From: Eledone cirrhosa
Taxonomy: Eukaryota
Reading direction: 5' to 3'
Assembly: GCA_964016885.1 (NCBI GenBank)
Contig: OZ024747.1
Span: 42,656,001-42,720,000 of the forward strand
DNA: 64,000 nt
The position numbers and the translations under genes were made by a program. The notes beneath the pieces were generated by a model, which worked only from the letters and a program-made list of their open reading frames with translations, had not been told where the DNA came from and did not search any database. Shown piece after piece: positions 39,291 to 52,342 of this stretch (its first letter is position 1; each line of letters begins with the position of its first letter).

Positions 39291-40733
39291 CAATGTCGGA
39301 CTGGAACCTAACACCACATCTAGCATCAAACACCAGAGACACACCCTATACTACATACCCAACACTAGCTGATCCATTATAACACAAACAACGACATCCC
39401 TCTGGAACCCTTCGCAGGGAAAATACCCATTTATACCTCTACGGCAGGTGTGACAACATCCACCCACCTGGACGGCACTACACCGCTCTAAGGGTAATTT
39501 GAGCATGAATTGATCGGTTGGATGGTGTTGGGCAGAGGAAACACCTTCCTTAGACAGATGTAAAATGATTTAATCGAGTAGCGCTGTTGACCAGTAGGAC
39601 CGGGCTGCTGAGCGCAGTGAGTGAATGCAATGCAACTGCCGTGCGGGTTGTACGTATATGGATGATCTGACGGTCAGAGAGGGGTCGCGAGGACTGCGGA
39701 TTGACCTTTGGCCTGCCTGGGGACGATTATCTTTCGACATCCAATGTAGCAAGCGATGACCCAGATCTTACCAGAGATCATTGGGTCCTGAAGCAATCCT
39801 GCAATCACCGCGCCTGGTCATATGAGCAGACTACAACCACAGAGATCATTAATTTAGAATCCTCGCTCATCATCTATAATTTCCATTTGTAGCACCTTAA
39901 GATGGGTTAATCCACCTTAATAATAATATGATCACCTTCAGCATAATTTAGTTAAACTACTCTATAGTTAGTGCACTTTATGCTTTAAAAGTCTCTCTTG
40001 GAAGGTGCACCTCACCATAGAATTTAGGGTCCATATTGGGACACATTTTAATGGCTAGATATAGAAACCCCAGAGTTACCTCCCCGCATGCATTAACTCC
40101 CCTTAGCCACACACACACTTCCGGTATTCAATGGCGTCTCTCGAAACGTAACAACCTCCTGTATCGAACTAAAGAACACCAGACTACGATCTCTAACTGG
40201 ATTGTCGTGGATTATGTGAAAGGCATATAATCGAAATATACACTCCCTTTACCATGAAAATGCCGAAGTACATGAATTACTTGACATCCCTGCGTTGTGC
40301 ATCTCCAATACTTATAACACTTTTAATGCTTGCACTATCTTGAATACTTATAATATTTCTCCACACACAGACTACATCAATCATATAAAGACTTTGCCAC
40401 CAGATCTACCAACCTAACACTCTTATTTACCTACCTAAGTGCCTCTACCACACATATCTCTCTGCCACACTATATAAACAAGACGCACATGCGTGCCACA
40501 CATATAACATTTGCACCATATAACCACTTATCTTCATGTTGTACTTTAACCTATATCTTTGATTTTTGATTGTACCTATTAATATAAATGTAATCTCGAA
40601 GTGTGTACTGCCACTCTAAATTTTGTAATGAATGTTGACCCACAATGTTTGAATATGTATCAATGTTTGAATATGTATTGGTATGTCTCTCGGCTGAAAA
40701 GGAGGTCATATAACTGTCCATGCATTAATAAAT

Positions 40734-40780
40734 TGCTCCGAAGAATCCAAACCTCGGTTTGGAGGAAACAGCTGTAAGCA
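40734..40780 (+). ncRNA. Variant minimal hammerhead (CCGAAGA core), sense to the PLE ORF
   Basis: TGCT-CCGAAGA-A-TCCAAAC-CTCG-GTTTGGA-G-GAAA-CAGCTG-TA-AGCA. Confidence 0.78.
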
Positions 40781-41055
40781 CAATAATGTTTTGAACAGTT
40801 CTTTGATTCTTATATTTCATATAACTGCTCTGTAAATCATCTGATGTTTTTACATTGAGCTACTTAACTTACTGGTAATAAGGTAGTAATACATTACTGC
40901 CTACCACTATTTAGGGTGTGTGTAAAATACTTACAACTGCTTAAGGTTTTGTGTTTACATAACCATAAATAGTATAACTAATACTATATATATACATATA
41001 TATATATAAATATATATATATATACATATATATATATAAATATATATATATATAC

Positions 41056-41086
<31 letters not shown>

Positions 41087-41113
41087 CATATATATACATA
41101 AATATATATATTT

Positions 41114-41173
41114 TTTCATTCTGATGACTGGAAGCAGGTTTGTTTGCTTTCAAGAAGCCACTGGTAGGTGAAA
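41114..41173 (+). ncRNA. Hammerhead variant (GAAG) starting a ~160-bp solo module (41111-41270)
   Basis: TTTCATT-CTGATGA-C-TGGAAGCAGG-TTTG-TTTGCTTTCA-A-GAAG-CCACTGG-TA-GGTGAAA. Confidence 0.65.
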
Positions 41174-41284
41174 TAGTTATCTTATGTTGTTTATTACATA
41201 ACTAATAAGCTCTGTAACATTCATAGAGCACTCTTTTTTCCTGGACCTTTCTGACGGAATTACTTCATTTATATATATTTATAT

Positions 41285-44200
41285 TAAAGGGTCGCTCTAA
41301 CGAGGTTGTAGAAATGCTTGAACGTAAGGAGGTCGATGTTTGTTGTATTCAAGAGACCAGGTGGAGGGGTGGATCTGCTAGATTCATTGTGGGTAGAAAA
41401 CGATGCTATAAGCTTTTCTGGGTGGGAAATGACAATGGGCTGGGTGGGGTAGGAATCATGGTAGCAGAAAAGTGGGCAGATAAGATAATAGACGTAAATA
41501 GAGTGAACGACAGAATAATTAAAATAAGACTTGTCCTCAATAGAACCACGGTGACAGTAATATCCGCGTACGCACCCCAATCCGGACTGCCCAGCACTAT
41601 AAAAGACAGATTCTATGAGACACTGATGCTCACTACCTCCCAAATAACCGACAGTGACTATATAATTATTGCAGGCGACCTAAACGGTCACGTTGGACAA
41701 CATTGTGACGGCTACGACAAAATCCATGGAGGCTATGGGTTTGGTACTAGAAATGAGGAAGGCTCCAGAATCCTGGAATTCTGTGACGCAAATAACCTAA
41801 CTATCTGCAACACTAACTTCAAAAAACGAGACAATCACTTGATCACCTACAGATCAGGGGAACATACCAGCCAGGTAGATTATATCCTAACCAGAAGACG
41901 TGACAAAGTGACTGTTGTAAACACTAAATCCCTCCCCCATGAAGAATGCACCTCTCAACACAGACTGATAATTAGCGACCTAATAGTCAGGACGAGACGT
42001 ACTAGACAACAGAAGAGGACTATCCTCAGGAGAAAAATATGGAAGCTAAAGGACCCCACAGCCAAAAATAAATTCCAAAGCATATTACTTGATGCTTTCG
42101 ACAGTAAGGAAGAGCAATTAGAGTCGTACAAGTCGAACAGTGGGAATTCCTGAAAGCAAACCTGCTGACGGCGACAGACGAAGTCTGTGGCTGGAGCGGG
42201 CCTGTAGGCAGGAGGAGAGTAACATGGTGGTGGAACAGTAAGGTGGAGGGGTCAATTAAGGCCAAAAAGCAGGCTTGGAAAGTATGGCGGGATGGGGGAA
42301 GCAGAGAAGACTATCAAGTGGCCAGGAGGGAAGCTAGGAGACAAGTGTACTTCGCAAGAAGGGAAGCAGAGGAAAGAAAGTTCAAGCATGTTCTACAACG
42401 CGAGGACCAAAAACGTGAGGTGTTCAGGATTGCTAGGCAATGTGTCAAGGAAAACAGTGATATTGTCGGGGAGAAGTGTGTACTTAACGATGACGGCGTA
42501 CTTGCCATCACCGACGCCGATAAAAAGGTAGCTTGGAAGTGTCACTATGAAAGGCTACTAAATGAGAAGAATAAATGGGAGAAAGACAGTCTCCCCCACA
42601 TCGACCCAATAGAGGGACCAGCAGTGTTAGTCGAGGGTAGTATAATAAGTAAGGCAATCAAAGATATGAAGACAGGCAAGGCGGCTGGGCCTTCGGAAAT
42701 AGTTGCCAAGATGCTGAAGGCATCTGATACGGTGGGACACACCATGGTCACCCGGATAGTCAACCAAGTCATACAGAATGGGGTTGTTCCGAAGGACTGG
42801 CGTAGCAGCATCATCGTTAACTGTTATAAGGGTAAAGGAGATGCCCTAGATAGGAGTAACTATAGAGGCATTAAATTAATCGACCAGGTCATGAAGGTCA
42901 CGGAAAAAGTAATAGCGCAACTAATCAGAGAGCGAATTGATCTAGATGAAATGCAGTTCGGGTTTGTGTCAGGAAAAAGTACCACAGACGCTCTTTTCAT
43001 TGTACGACAACTACAGGAGAAGTACCTAGCTAAAAGTAAACCCCTATACTTAGCTTTCGTCGACTTGGAGAAGGCCTTCGACAGAGTCCCCCGTTCCATT
43101 ATCTGGTGGGCTCTTAGAAAACTAGGTGTTGATGAATGGCTTGTGAGAGCTATACAAGCCATGTATAAAGAAACAGTCAGCAAGGTTAGAATTAACAACG
43201 AATATAGTGAAGAGTTTAGTGTAAAAGTTGGTGTTCATCAGGGATCTGTTCTTAGCCCCCTACTATTTATTATTGCCCTCCAGGCTATAACAGTGGAGTT
43301 CAAGACCGGCTGCCCATGGGAACTCCTATACGCAGATGATCTAACGCTCATAGCTGAATCAATGGCCGAGCTAGAGAAGAAATTCCAAACATGGAAGCAC
43401 GGCCTAGAATCAAAAGGCCTTAAAATTAACCTGGCTATGACTAAAGTTCTAGTTTGTAAGAAAGAAAATAAGGCGGCGGTCCCCTCCGGGAAGTGGCCAT
43501 GCGCAGAGTGTAGGAAAGGCGTAGGTAGAAACTCCATTTTGTGTCCCAAATGCAAAGTTTGGGTGCATACAAGATGTAGTGGTATCACAGGTAAGCTAAC
43601 TAAGAACATAGATTTTACATGTGGCCGGTGTTCCGGCGCAATAAGTAGCAGCAAGTGCCCACAAAATACTAGCTCTTTCAGCTGCGCAGAGGGTTCTATA
43701 GAAATAGTGGACAGCTTCTGTTACCTGGGTGACAAAATCAGCAGTGGGGGAGGGTGCTCTGAAAGTACAGTAGCTAGAGTCAGAACTGGGTGGAAAAAGT
43801 TCAGAGAGCTTATACCACTATTAGCCGCTAAAGGGTTCTCCCTAAAAATGAAAGGCAGGTTGTACGATGCCTGCATACGAACAGCAATGTTGCATGGCAG
43901 TGAGACCTGGGCATTGTGTGCAGAAGATATACGCAGACTAGAGAGAAACGAAGCTTGCATGCTCCGCTGGATGTGTAATAGTAATATACGTGAACGACAA
44001 AGCATAAACGAACTAAGGAAAAAATTAGAAATAAGAGGGATCAGATGTTGTTTACTCGAGAGAAGGCTACGTTGGTATGGTCACGTAATGCGCATGAAGG
44101 ACGATAGCTGTATAACAAAGTGCAGGGCAATAAAGATAGACGGTAGCCACGGAATAGGCAGACCCAGAAAAACCTGGGATGAGCTGATAAACTCCGACCT

Positions 44201-44675
44201 CACACACTTACACCTCACCAAGACAATGTCACTGGACCGAGACCTTTGGCGGTACTCAGTAATAGAGAAGACCCGCCTTACCTAAATACATAGTAAAACC
44301 TACTACAGCCAGTAGGCATCTCTAACAAAATACACCCCCGTCCCACCACCCACACACCTTCCACACCACCCCCTCCTATGTAAAGTTATGTTGGTGCCAC
44401 AACATCCAGGCCGAAACAAATGAGATCGTGTAGGTGTCACGACAAAAAAACACACAGTTCACGCTGTAATGTGGCCGTGTAGGCAACACGGTAAAAACCT
44501 CCCAGTCCCACACTGTAAATGTGGTTGGTGTTAGGAAGGGCATCCAACTGTAGAAAACCTGCCAGACAGTCCTATGCGAGCAAGACAATCACTCTTGCCT
44601 CAAGTGGGAATACCCCCGTCCAAACCCATGCAAGCGTGGAACACGGACGTTAAACGTTGATGATGATGATGATGA
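41285..44675 (+). mobile_element. RTE LINE family A, near full-length ORF2 with one frameshift (~42135), 3' UTR and (GAT)n tail
   Basis: APE motifs IQETRW, SAYAPQ, GDLNGH, QVDYIL, SQHRL (41314-42153); RT motifs QFGF, FVDLEKAFD, QGSVLSP, YADD (42243-44285). Confidence 0.97.
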
Positions 44676-44822
44676 TATATATACATAAATATATATATAT
44701 ATACATAAATATATATATACATAAATATATATATATATACATAAATATATATATATATATACATAAATATATATATATATACATAAATATATATATATAC
44801 ATAAATATATATATATACATAA

Positions 44823-44855
<33 letters not shown>

Positions 44856-44856
<1 letters not shown>

Positions 44857-46308
44857 GAATGGCTTGTGAAAGCGGTACAAGCCATGTATAGGGGAGCAGT
44901 CAGCAAAGTTAGGATTAGCAATGAGTATAGCGAGGAATTTAGCGTACAGGTTGGGGTCCACCAGGGCTCTGTTCTTAGCCCTCTCCTGTTCATCATAGTC
45001 CTGCAGGCAATAACGGAGGAGTTTAAGACCGGATGCCCATGGGAACTCCTGTATGCTGATGACCTCGCACTCATAGCTGAATCTATGGTAGAACTAGAGA
45101 ATAAATTCCAAACCTGGAAGCAGGGACTAGAGAGAAAGGGCCTCAAAGTCAACATGACAAAGACTAAGGTCCTTGTAAGTAGACGAGAAAACAGAACCCA
45201 GATCCCCTCAGGGAAATGGCCTTGCTCAGTATGTAGGAAAGGTGTAGGTAGGAACTCCATTCTCTGCCCCAAATACAATGGGTACACAAGAGATGTAGCG
45301 GGATCTCAGGAAGCTTAATTAAGAATGTAGGATTCACATGCAGCAGCTGTGCTGAAACAGCAAGCAAACAGCCACAGGAAACAAGTACCACCAATCTCTG
45401 GGAGGGCCCTGTAGAAACAGTAGACAGCTTCTGCTACCTAGGTGACTGAATTAGCAACGGAGGTGGGTGCTCAGAAAGTACAATAACTAGGGTAAGAACG
45501 GGATGGAAGAAGTTTAGGGAACTACTACCACTGCTAGCTGCAAAAGGCTTCTCCCTCAGAATGAAAGGCAGACTGTATGATGCGTGTATCCGAACAGCGA
45601 TGTTGCATGGTAGTGAGACCTGGGCGCTGAAGGTGGAAGACTTACGTAGATTAGAGAGAAACGAAGCCTGCATGCTCCGATGGATGTGTAACAGTAATAT
45701 ACGTGAACGACAAAGCATAAAGGAATTGAGAGAGAGACTGAGCATAAGAGGAATCAAATGCTGCGTGCAGGAGAGGTGGTTACGCTGGTATGGACATGTG
45801 ATGCGTATGAAGGATGACAGCTGCATAAAAAGGTGCAGAGCACTAGAAGTTGATGGAAACCGCGGAGTGGGGAGACCCAAGATGACTTGGGATGAGGTGA
45901 TAAAAGCCGACCTTACCCAACTACACCTCTCAAAGTCAATGACACACGACCGTGACTTCTGGCGTCACGCAGTAATACAGGGTACCCGACCTCCCATGGG
46001 TACATGCTGAAGCATATAAACAATATGCCCCGACTCCCCCCACCGCAAGGTGGTCGTGGAGGTGCCACGGCAAAAAAGCACCCAGCCCACACTGTAAAGT
46101 GGACGTGTAGGCGCACGAAAAAGCACCCAGCACTCACTGTAAATGAGGTTGGTGTTAGGAAGGGCATCCAGCTGTAGAAATCAAGCCAAATCAGTTCCTG
46201 TATGAGCAAGGCATGGTCAGCCGACCAGACACTGCCCACAACAGGACAACTCGTCTAACCCATGCTAGCGTGGAAGAACGGACGTAAAACGGTGATGATG
46301 ATGATGAT
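44856..46308 (+). mobile_element. RTE LINE family B, 5'-truncated copy with a frameshift and a stop
   Basis: Near-identical to ~48220-49680. Confidence 0.97.
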
Positions 46309-46353
46309 ATATAAATATATATATATATACATAAATATATATATATACATATA

Positions 46354-49300
46354 CATCAATGTAGGCTCAATGAAAGGAAGAGCAGGAGAAATCGTAGAAA
46401 TGCTAGAGCGAAAGGAAGTTGATGTATGCTGTGTGCAAGAGACTAGATGGAGAGGAGGGTCTGCTAGAGTCCTTGTAGGAAAAAGCCAGTGCTACAAATT
46501 TTTCTGGGTGGGAAATGACGATGGGATGGGTGGTGTAGGTATACTATTAGCTGACAAGTGGGTAGATAAAGTAATCTCAGTGTACAGGGTAAATGCAAGA
46601 ATCATTAAACTCAGACTAGTCCTGAATAAGACAATTACCACAATAATATCAGCTTACGCACCCCAATCGGGGCTGCCAGACGAACTTAAGGATAGGTTTT
46701 ACGAGTCCCTAATACACACTACTGCTCTAACAGACGACAAGGACTTCCTAATCATTGCAGGAGATTTTAACGGACACGTAGGTAAACACTGCGACGGCTT
46801 CAATAGAGTACATGGAGGCCATGGAGTTGGCACAAGGAATGAGGAAGGATTCAGACTTCTAGAATTCTGCGACGCCAATGACATGTCGATATGTAACACA
46901 AACTTTAAAAAACCCGACAACCACCTGATCACCTATAGATCAGGGGAGCACTCTAGTCAGTTAGATTTTATCCTCATCAGAGGACGTGACAGATGGACGG
47001 TCGTAAACACAAAAGCCTTCCCTAGTGAGGAATGTACATCCCAACATAGCTTAGTTGTCAGCGACCTCACGGTCAGAACTAGACGAGCCCTGAAACAGAG
47101 GCCAACCTGGAGAAGAAAGATCTGGAAGCTGAAAGTCCCCTCAACCAGTAACAGATTTAAAGATATTTTACTCAACGCCTACGACAGTAAAGAAGAACAG
47201 ATAGAGACATTTAACGTAGAAGAGAACTGGGAGTTCCTAAAAAATAACTTACTAGAGGCGACGGATGAGGTTTGTGGCTGGAGTAAGACCTCAAGCAGGA
47301 GGAGAGTGACTTGGTGGTGGAACAATAAGGTAGATGAAGCAGTCAAGGCCAAGAGACAGGCATGGAAAGAATGGAAGAACGGGGGGAGCAGGGTACATTA
47401 CATAGAGACCAAGAGGGAAGCTAGGCGACAAGTATACTTAGCTAGGAGGGAAGCAGAGGATAGAAAATTCAAGCATGTTTTACAACGTGAGGACCAGAAA
47501 CAGGAGGTATTCAAGATTGCGAGGCAGTGTGTCAGAGATAGTTGTGATGTCATTGGAGAGAAGTGTATCCGGAATGATAAAGGTGAGCTTGCCCTCACAA
47601 GTGCTGAGAAGAAAGATGCATGGAAGAGTCATTATGATAGATTACTAAATGAGGAGAATGCATGGGAAGAAGAGACCCTACCCCACGTAGACCCTATAGA
47701 GGGACCAGCAGTACAAGTCAGCGGCAGCGTAGTAAGTAAGGCAATCAGAGATATGAAGATAAGGAAGGCAACCGGTCCATCGGGTATAGCTGCCGAGATA
47801 CTGAAGGCATCTGGGTCTGTAGGTCACACTATAACCACACGTATCGTTAACCAGGTAATACTAGAGGGGGCCATACCAAAAGACTGGTGCAGTAGCATCA
47901 TTGTCAACTGCTACAAAGGTAAAGGCGATGCACTAGATAGAGGAAACTATAGAGGTATAAAGTTGATGGACCAGGTCATGAAAGTAACAGAAAGAGTTAT
48001 AGCACAGCTGATTAGGGACCGGGTGAATATAGACGAGATGCAATTTGGGTTTGTACCAGGGAAAGGCACCACTGATGCGCTCTTCCTTGTGAGGCAATTA
48101 CAGGAAAAGTACCTAGCTAAAAGTAAGCCACTCTACTTGGCATTTGTCGACCTTGAGAAAGCCTTTGACAGAGTTCCACGTGCAGTAATCTGGTGGGCTC
48201 TTAGAAAACTAGGAGTAGATGAATGGCTTGTGAAAGCGGTACAAGCCATGTATAGGGGAGCAGTCAGCAAAGTTAGGATTGGCAATGAGTATAGCGAGGA
48301 ATTTAGCGTACAGGTTGGGGTCCACCAGGGCTCTGTTCTTAGCCCTCTCCTGTTCATCATAGTCCTGCAGGCAATAACGGAGGAGTTTAAGACCGGATGC
48401 CCATGGGAACTCCTGTATGCTGATGACCTTGCACTCATAGCTGAATCTATGGTAGAACTAGAGAATAAATTCCAAACCTGGAAGCAGGGACTAGAGAGAA
48501 AGGGCCTCAAAGTCAACATGACAAAGACTAAGGTCCTTATAAGTAGACGAGAAAACAGAACCCAGATCCCCTCAGGGAAATGGCCTTGCTCAGTATGTAG
48601 GAAAGGTGTAGGTAGGAACTCCATTCTTTGCCCCAAATGCAAACAATGGGTACACAAGAGATGTAGCGGGATCTCAGGAAGCTTAATTAAGAATGTAGGA
48701 TTCACATGCAGCAGCTGTGCTGAAACAGCAAGCAAACAGCCACAGGAAACAAGTACCACCAATCTCTGGGAGGGCCCTGTAGAAACAGTAGACAGCTTCT
48801 GCTACCTAGGTGACCGAATTAGCAACGGAGGTGGGTGCTCAGAAAGTACAATAACTAGGGTAAGAACGGGATGGAAGAAGTTTAGGGAACTACTACCACT
48901 GCTAGCTGCAAAAGGCTTCTCCCTCAGAATGAAAGGCAGACTGTATGATGCGTGTATCCGAACAGCGATGTTGCATGGTAGTGAGACCTGGGCGCTGAAG
49001 GTGGAAGACTTACGTAGATTAGAGAGAAACGAAGCCTGCATGCTCCGATGGATGTGTAACAGTAATATACGTGAACGACAAAGCATAAATGAATTGAGAG
49101 AGAGACTGAGCATAAGAGGAATCAAATGCTGCGTGCAGGAGAGGCGGTTACGCTGGTATGGACATGTGATGCGTATGAAGGATGACAGCTGCATAAAAAG
49201 GTGCAGAGCACTAGAAGTTGATGGAAACCGCGGAGTGGGGAGACCCAAGATGACTTGGGATGAGGTGATAAAAGCCGACCTTACCCAACTACACCTCTCA

Positions 49301-49680
49301 AAGTCAATGACACACGACCGTGACTTCTGGCGTCACGCAGTAATACAGGGTACCCGACCTCCCATGGGTACATGCTGAAGCATATAAACAATATGCCCCC
49401 CCCCCCACCGCAAGGTGGTCGTGGAGGTGCCACGGCAAAAAAGCACCCAGCCCACACTGTAAAGTGGACGTGTAGGCGCCACGAAAAAGCACCCAGCACT
49501 CACTGTAAATGAGGTTGGTGTTAGGAAGGGCATCCAGCTGTAGAAATCAAGCCAGATCAGTTCCTGTATGAGCAAGGCATGGTCAGCCGACCAGACACTG
49601 CCCACAACAGGACAACCCGTCTAACCCATGCTAGCGTGGAAGAACGGACGTAAAACGGTGATGATGATGATGATGATGAT
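46354..49680 (+). mobile_element. RTE LINE family B, uninterrupted ORF2, lacks 5' UTR
   Basis: Begins at INVGSMKGR directly after a TA spacer; 300-bp 3' UTR; (GAT)n tail. Confidence 0.97.
46355..49378 (+). CDS. RTE ORF2: APE endonuclease + reverse transcriptase + PHD-type finger (~1007 aa, no stops)
   Basis: VQETRW, GDFNGH, QLDFIL, NYRGIKL, FVDLEKAFD, LLYADD, C4HC3 finger, RRLRWYGHV. Confidence 0.95.
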   Translation: MNVGSMKGRAGEIVEMLERKEVDVCCVQETRWRGGSARVLVGKSQCYKFFWVGNDDGMGGVGILLADKWVDKVISVYRVNARIIKLRLVLNKTITTIISAYAPQSGLPDELKDRFYESLIHTTALTDDKDFLIIAGDFNGHVGKHCDGFNRVHGGHGVGTRNEEGFRLLEFCDANDMSICNTNFKKPDNHLITYRSGEHSSQLDFILIRGRDRWTVVNTKAFPSEECTSQHSLVVSDLTVRTRRALKQRPTWRRKIWKLKVPSTSNRFKDILLNAYDSKEEQIETFNVEENWEFLKNNLLEATDEVCGWSKTSSRRRVTWWWNNKVDEAVKAKRQAWKEWKNGGSRVHYIETKREARRQVYLARREAEDRKFKHVLQREDQKQEVFKIARQCVRDSCDVIGEKCIRNDKGELALTSAEKKDAWKSHYDRLLNEENAWEEETLPHVDPIEGPAVQVSGSVVSKAIRDMKIRKATGPSGIAAEILKASGSVGHTITTRIVNQVILEGAIPKDWCSSIIVNCYKGKGDALDRGNYRGIKLMDQVMKVTERVIAQLIRDRVNIDEMQFGFVPGKGTTDALFLVRQLQEKYLAKSKPLYLAFVDLEKAFDRVPRAVIWWALRKLGVDEWLVKAVQAMYRGAVSKVRIGNEYSEEFSVQVGVHQGSVLSPLLFIIVLQAITEEFKTGCPWELLYADDLALIAESMVELENKFQTWKQGLERKGLKVNMTKTKVLISRRENRTQIPSGKWPCSVCRKGVGRNSILCPKCKQWVHKRCSGISGSLIKNVGFTCSSCAETASKQPQETSTTNLWEGPVETVDSFCYLGDRISNGGGCSESTITRVRTGWKKFRELLPLLAAKGFSLRMKGRLYDACIRTAMLHGSETWALKVEDLRRLERNEACMLRWMCNSNIRERQSINELRERLSIRGIKCCVQERRLRWYGHVMRMKDDSCIKRCRALEVDGNRGVGRPKMTWDEVIKADLTQLHLSKSMTHDRDFWRHAVIQGTRPPMGTC

Positions 49681-50653
<973 letters not shown>

Positions 50654-51965
50654 GAGATATATGTGGTTAGGAAAGAAACCAGCCGTTATATATAGAGAAA
50701 AATGAAAAGTAACCAGACATAGGCGAGGCATAATTTAAAAACCCTATGTTTTAATGTAGAAGTATTAGTACGTATAAAAACCAGGCGCTATAATGTAAAT
50801 ATCAGTAATCCTCTGAGACATGTGACCTCTGCGCAGAGGAGATATTCTTTATACTAAAATCTAAAAATTCCCTTAATCTACGGACAAATTTATTCAGTTG
50901 CTGCAAACATAGATTAAACTCAACTTTTAAATATAAATTTAAATTTAAAATGTAGTATATTTAGTTTGTTTTATAATTATTTGGGAAACTAGCCGATAAA
51001 TCTTTCGATTTCTTCTTTTTATTCTTCTTTTTATTTTTATTTTTATTTAAACATTCTTCATGAAAAATTAAACTACCCTAAAAGTTGATGCTCCAAATAT
51101 TTCGAATAAACGTTACACTAGATAAACTTCTATATTAAATATAAGAACACATGTAGACCAAATGGGCATCCTAAACTTTTTGAAATGATTTTTGCTAGAC
51201 GCGATTTGATAAATAATTTTTAGCTTTATCTGTTTTCGACTCTGATGCTTATAATGAACTTGGCAATATATTGTCAATTAATTTTGAAGGGTTGATCTTT
51301 GTGGTTTATTTTTATTATTGTAATATTTTCTAATATTTTTATTTTTAATATGTAATATTTTTTAGTAATATTTTTTATTTTTTAGTTTTCTATTTTATTA
51401 TTATTTATTATTATTATTATCATTATTATTTTTTGTTTTTGTTTCTGATATTTTTTATTTTTTATTAATATATTGAAATCTGTTCTCTATTTCTGCTTGA
51501 TAGATAATCATGTAGAGTAAAGACAAGAATAGTATTGTTAAAATTAATATAGACTCTATATATATGTGTATATATATACACATATATGTATACTTAAATT
51601 TTTATAGCACAATGAGAATGTTCTCCGTGTGAAATAGGGGTTTGCAGAATTGATCACGTAAATTCACATCGATGTTTGTAGTTATCATATAAACATATGA
51701 ATTTTTAAAACTAAACATAAGATCATTACTTTTCACACATTATGGATACGTGTCTCATTCAGGATTACTGATATTTACATTATAGCGCCTGGTTTTTATA
51801 CGTACTAATACTTCTACATTAAAACATAGGGTTTTTAAATTATGCCTCGCCTATGTCTGGTTACTTTTCATTTTTCTCTCTATATAACGGCTGGTTTCTT
51901 TCCTAACCACATATATCTCCCTTACATTAATACTAGAGCTAAATAAATAAATAAATAAATAAATG
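50654..51965. mobile_element. Non-coding element with 159-bp inverted repeats (50654-50812 and 51761-51919)
   Basis: Near-perfect reverse complements; AT-rich interior; (AAAT)n after the right repeat; class unresolved. Confidence 0.75.
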
Positions 51966-52276
51966 TATCATTGATACGTTCCAACTACCTACTTTTCTCT
52001 ATATATATCTATCTCTATCTATTTCCTCTCTCTATATATATATCTCTCTCTGTTTCTTTACATGAAGTTCTTCTCTTTATCTATCTTTCCATCTCTCTAT
52101 TTTGTTACATGCATTTCTTCTTTTTCTTCTTTTTCTTCATTTTCTTTCTTTCTTTCCTTCTTTCTCTCTTTCTTTCTTTCTGTTTACAATTTTTCACTGC
52201 CAAATCAACTTTCTCAAATACAAGTCGATGTTGAACGGTATGTCAAATCTATTTATCTATAAATCTGTCTATATTG

Positions 52277-52342
52277 TATTTTGTCTGAGGAAGGCATAAC
52301 ATATTGTTAATATGATATCCCTGAAATATATATAATGAAATA
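52277..52342 (+). ncRNA. Type I hammerhead ribozyme in a pLTR-like remnant
   Basis: TATTTTGT-CTGAGGA-AGG..CATATT/AATATG..CCT-GAAA-TATATA-TA-ATGAAATA. Confidence 0.68.

Larger units (their letters stand above)
38589..40985 (+). mobile_element. Penelope-like element 3' part with inverted partial pLTR
   Basis: ~163-bp inverted repeats at 38589-38751 and 40661-40823; GIY-YIG ORF; long 3' UTR; TA flanks. Confidence 0.92.

Noticed and set aside
43238-49248. Antisense ORFs over the RTE copies
   Set aside because: Shadows of the sense ORF with no independent motifs
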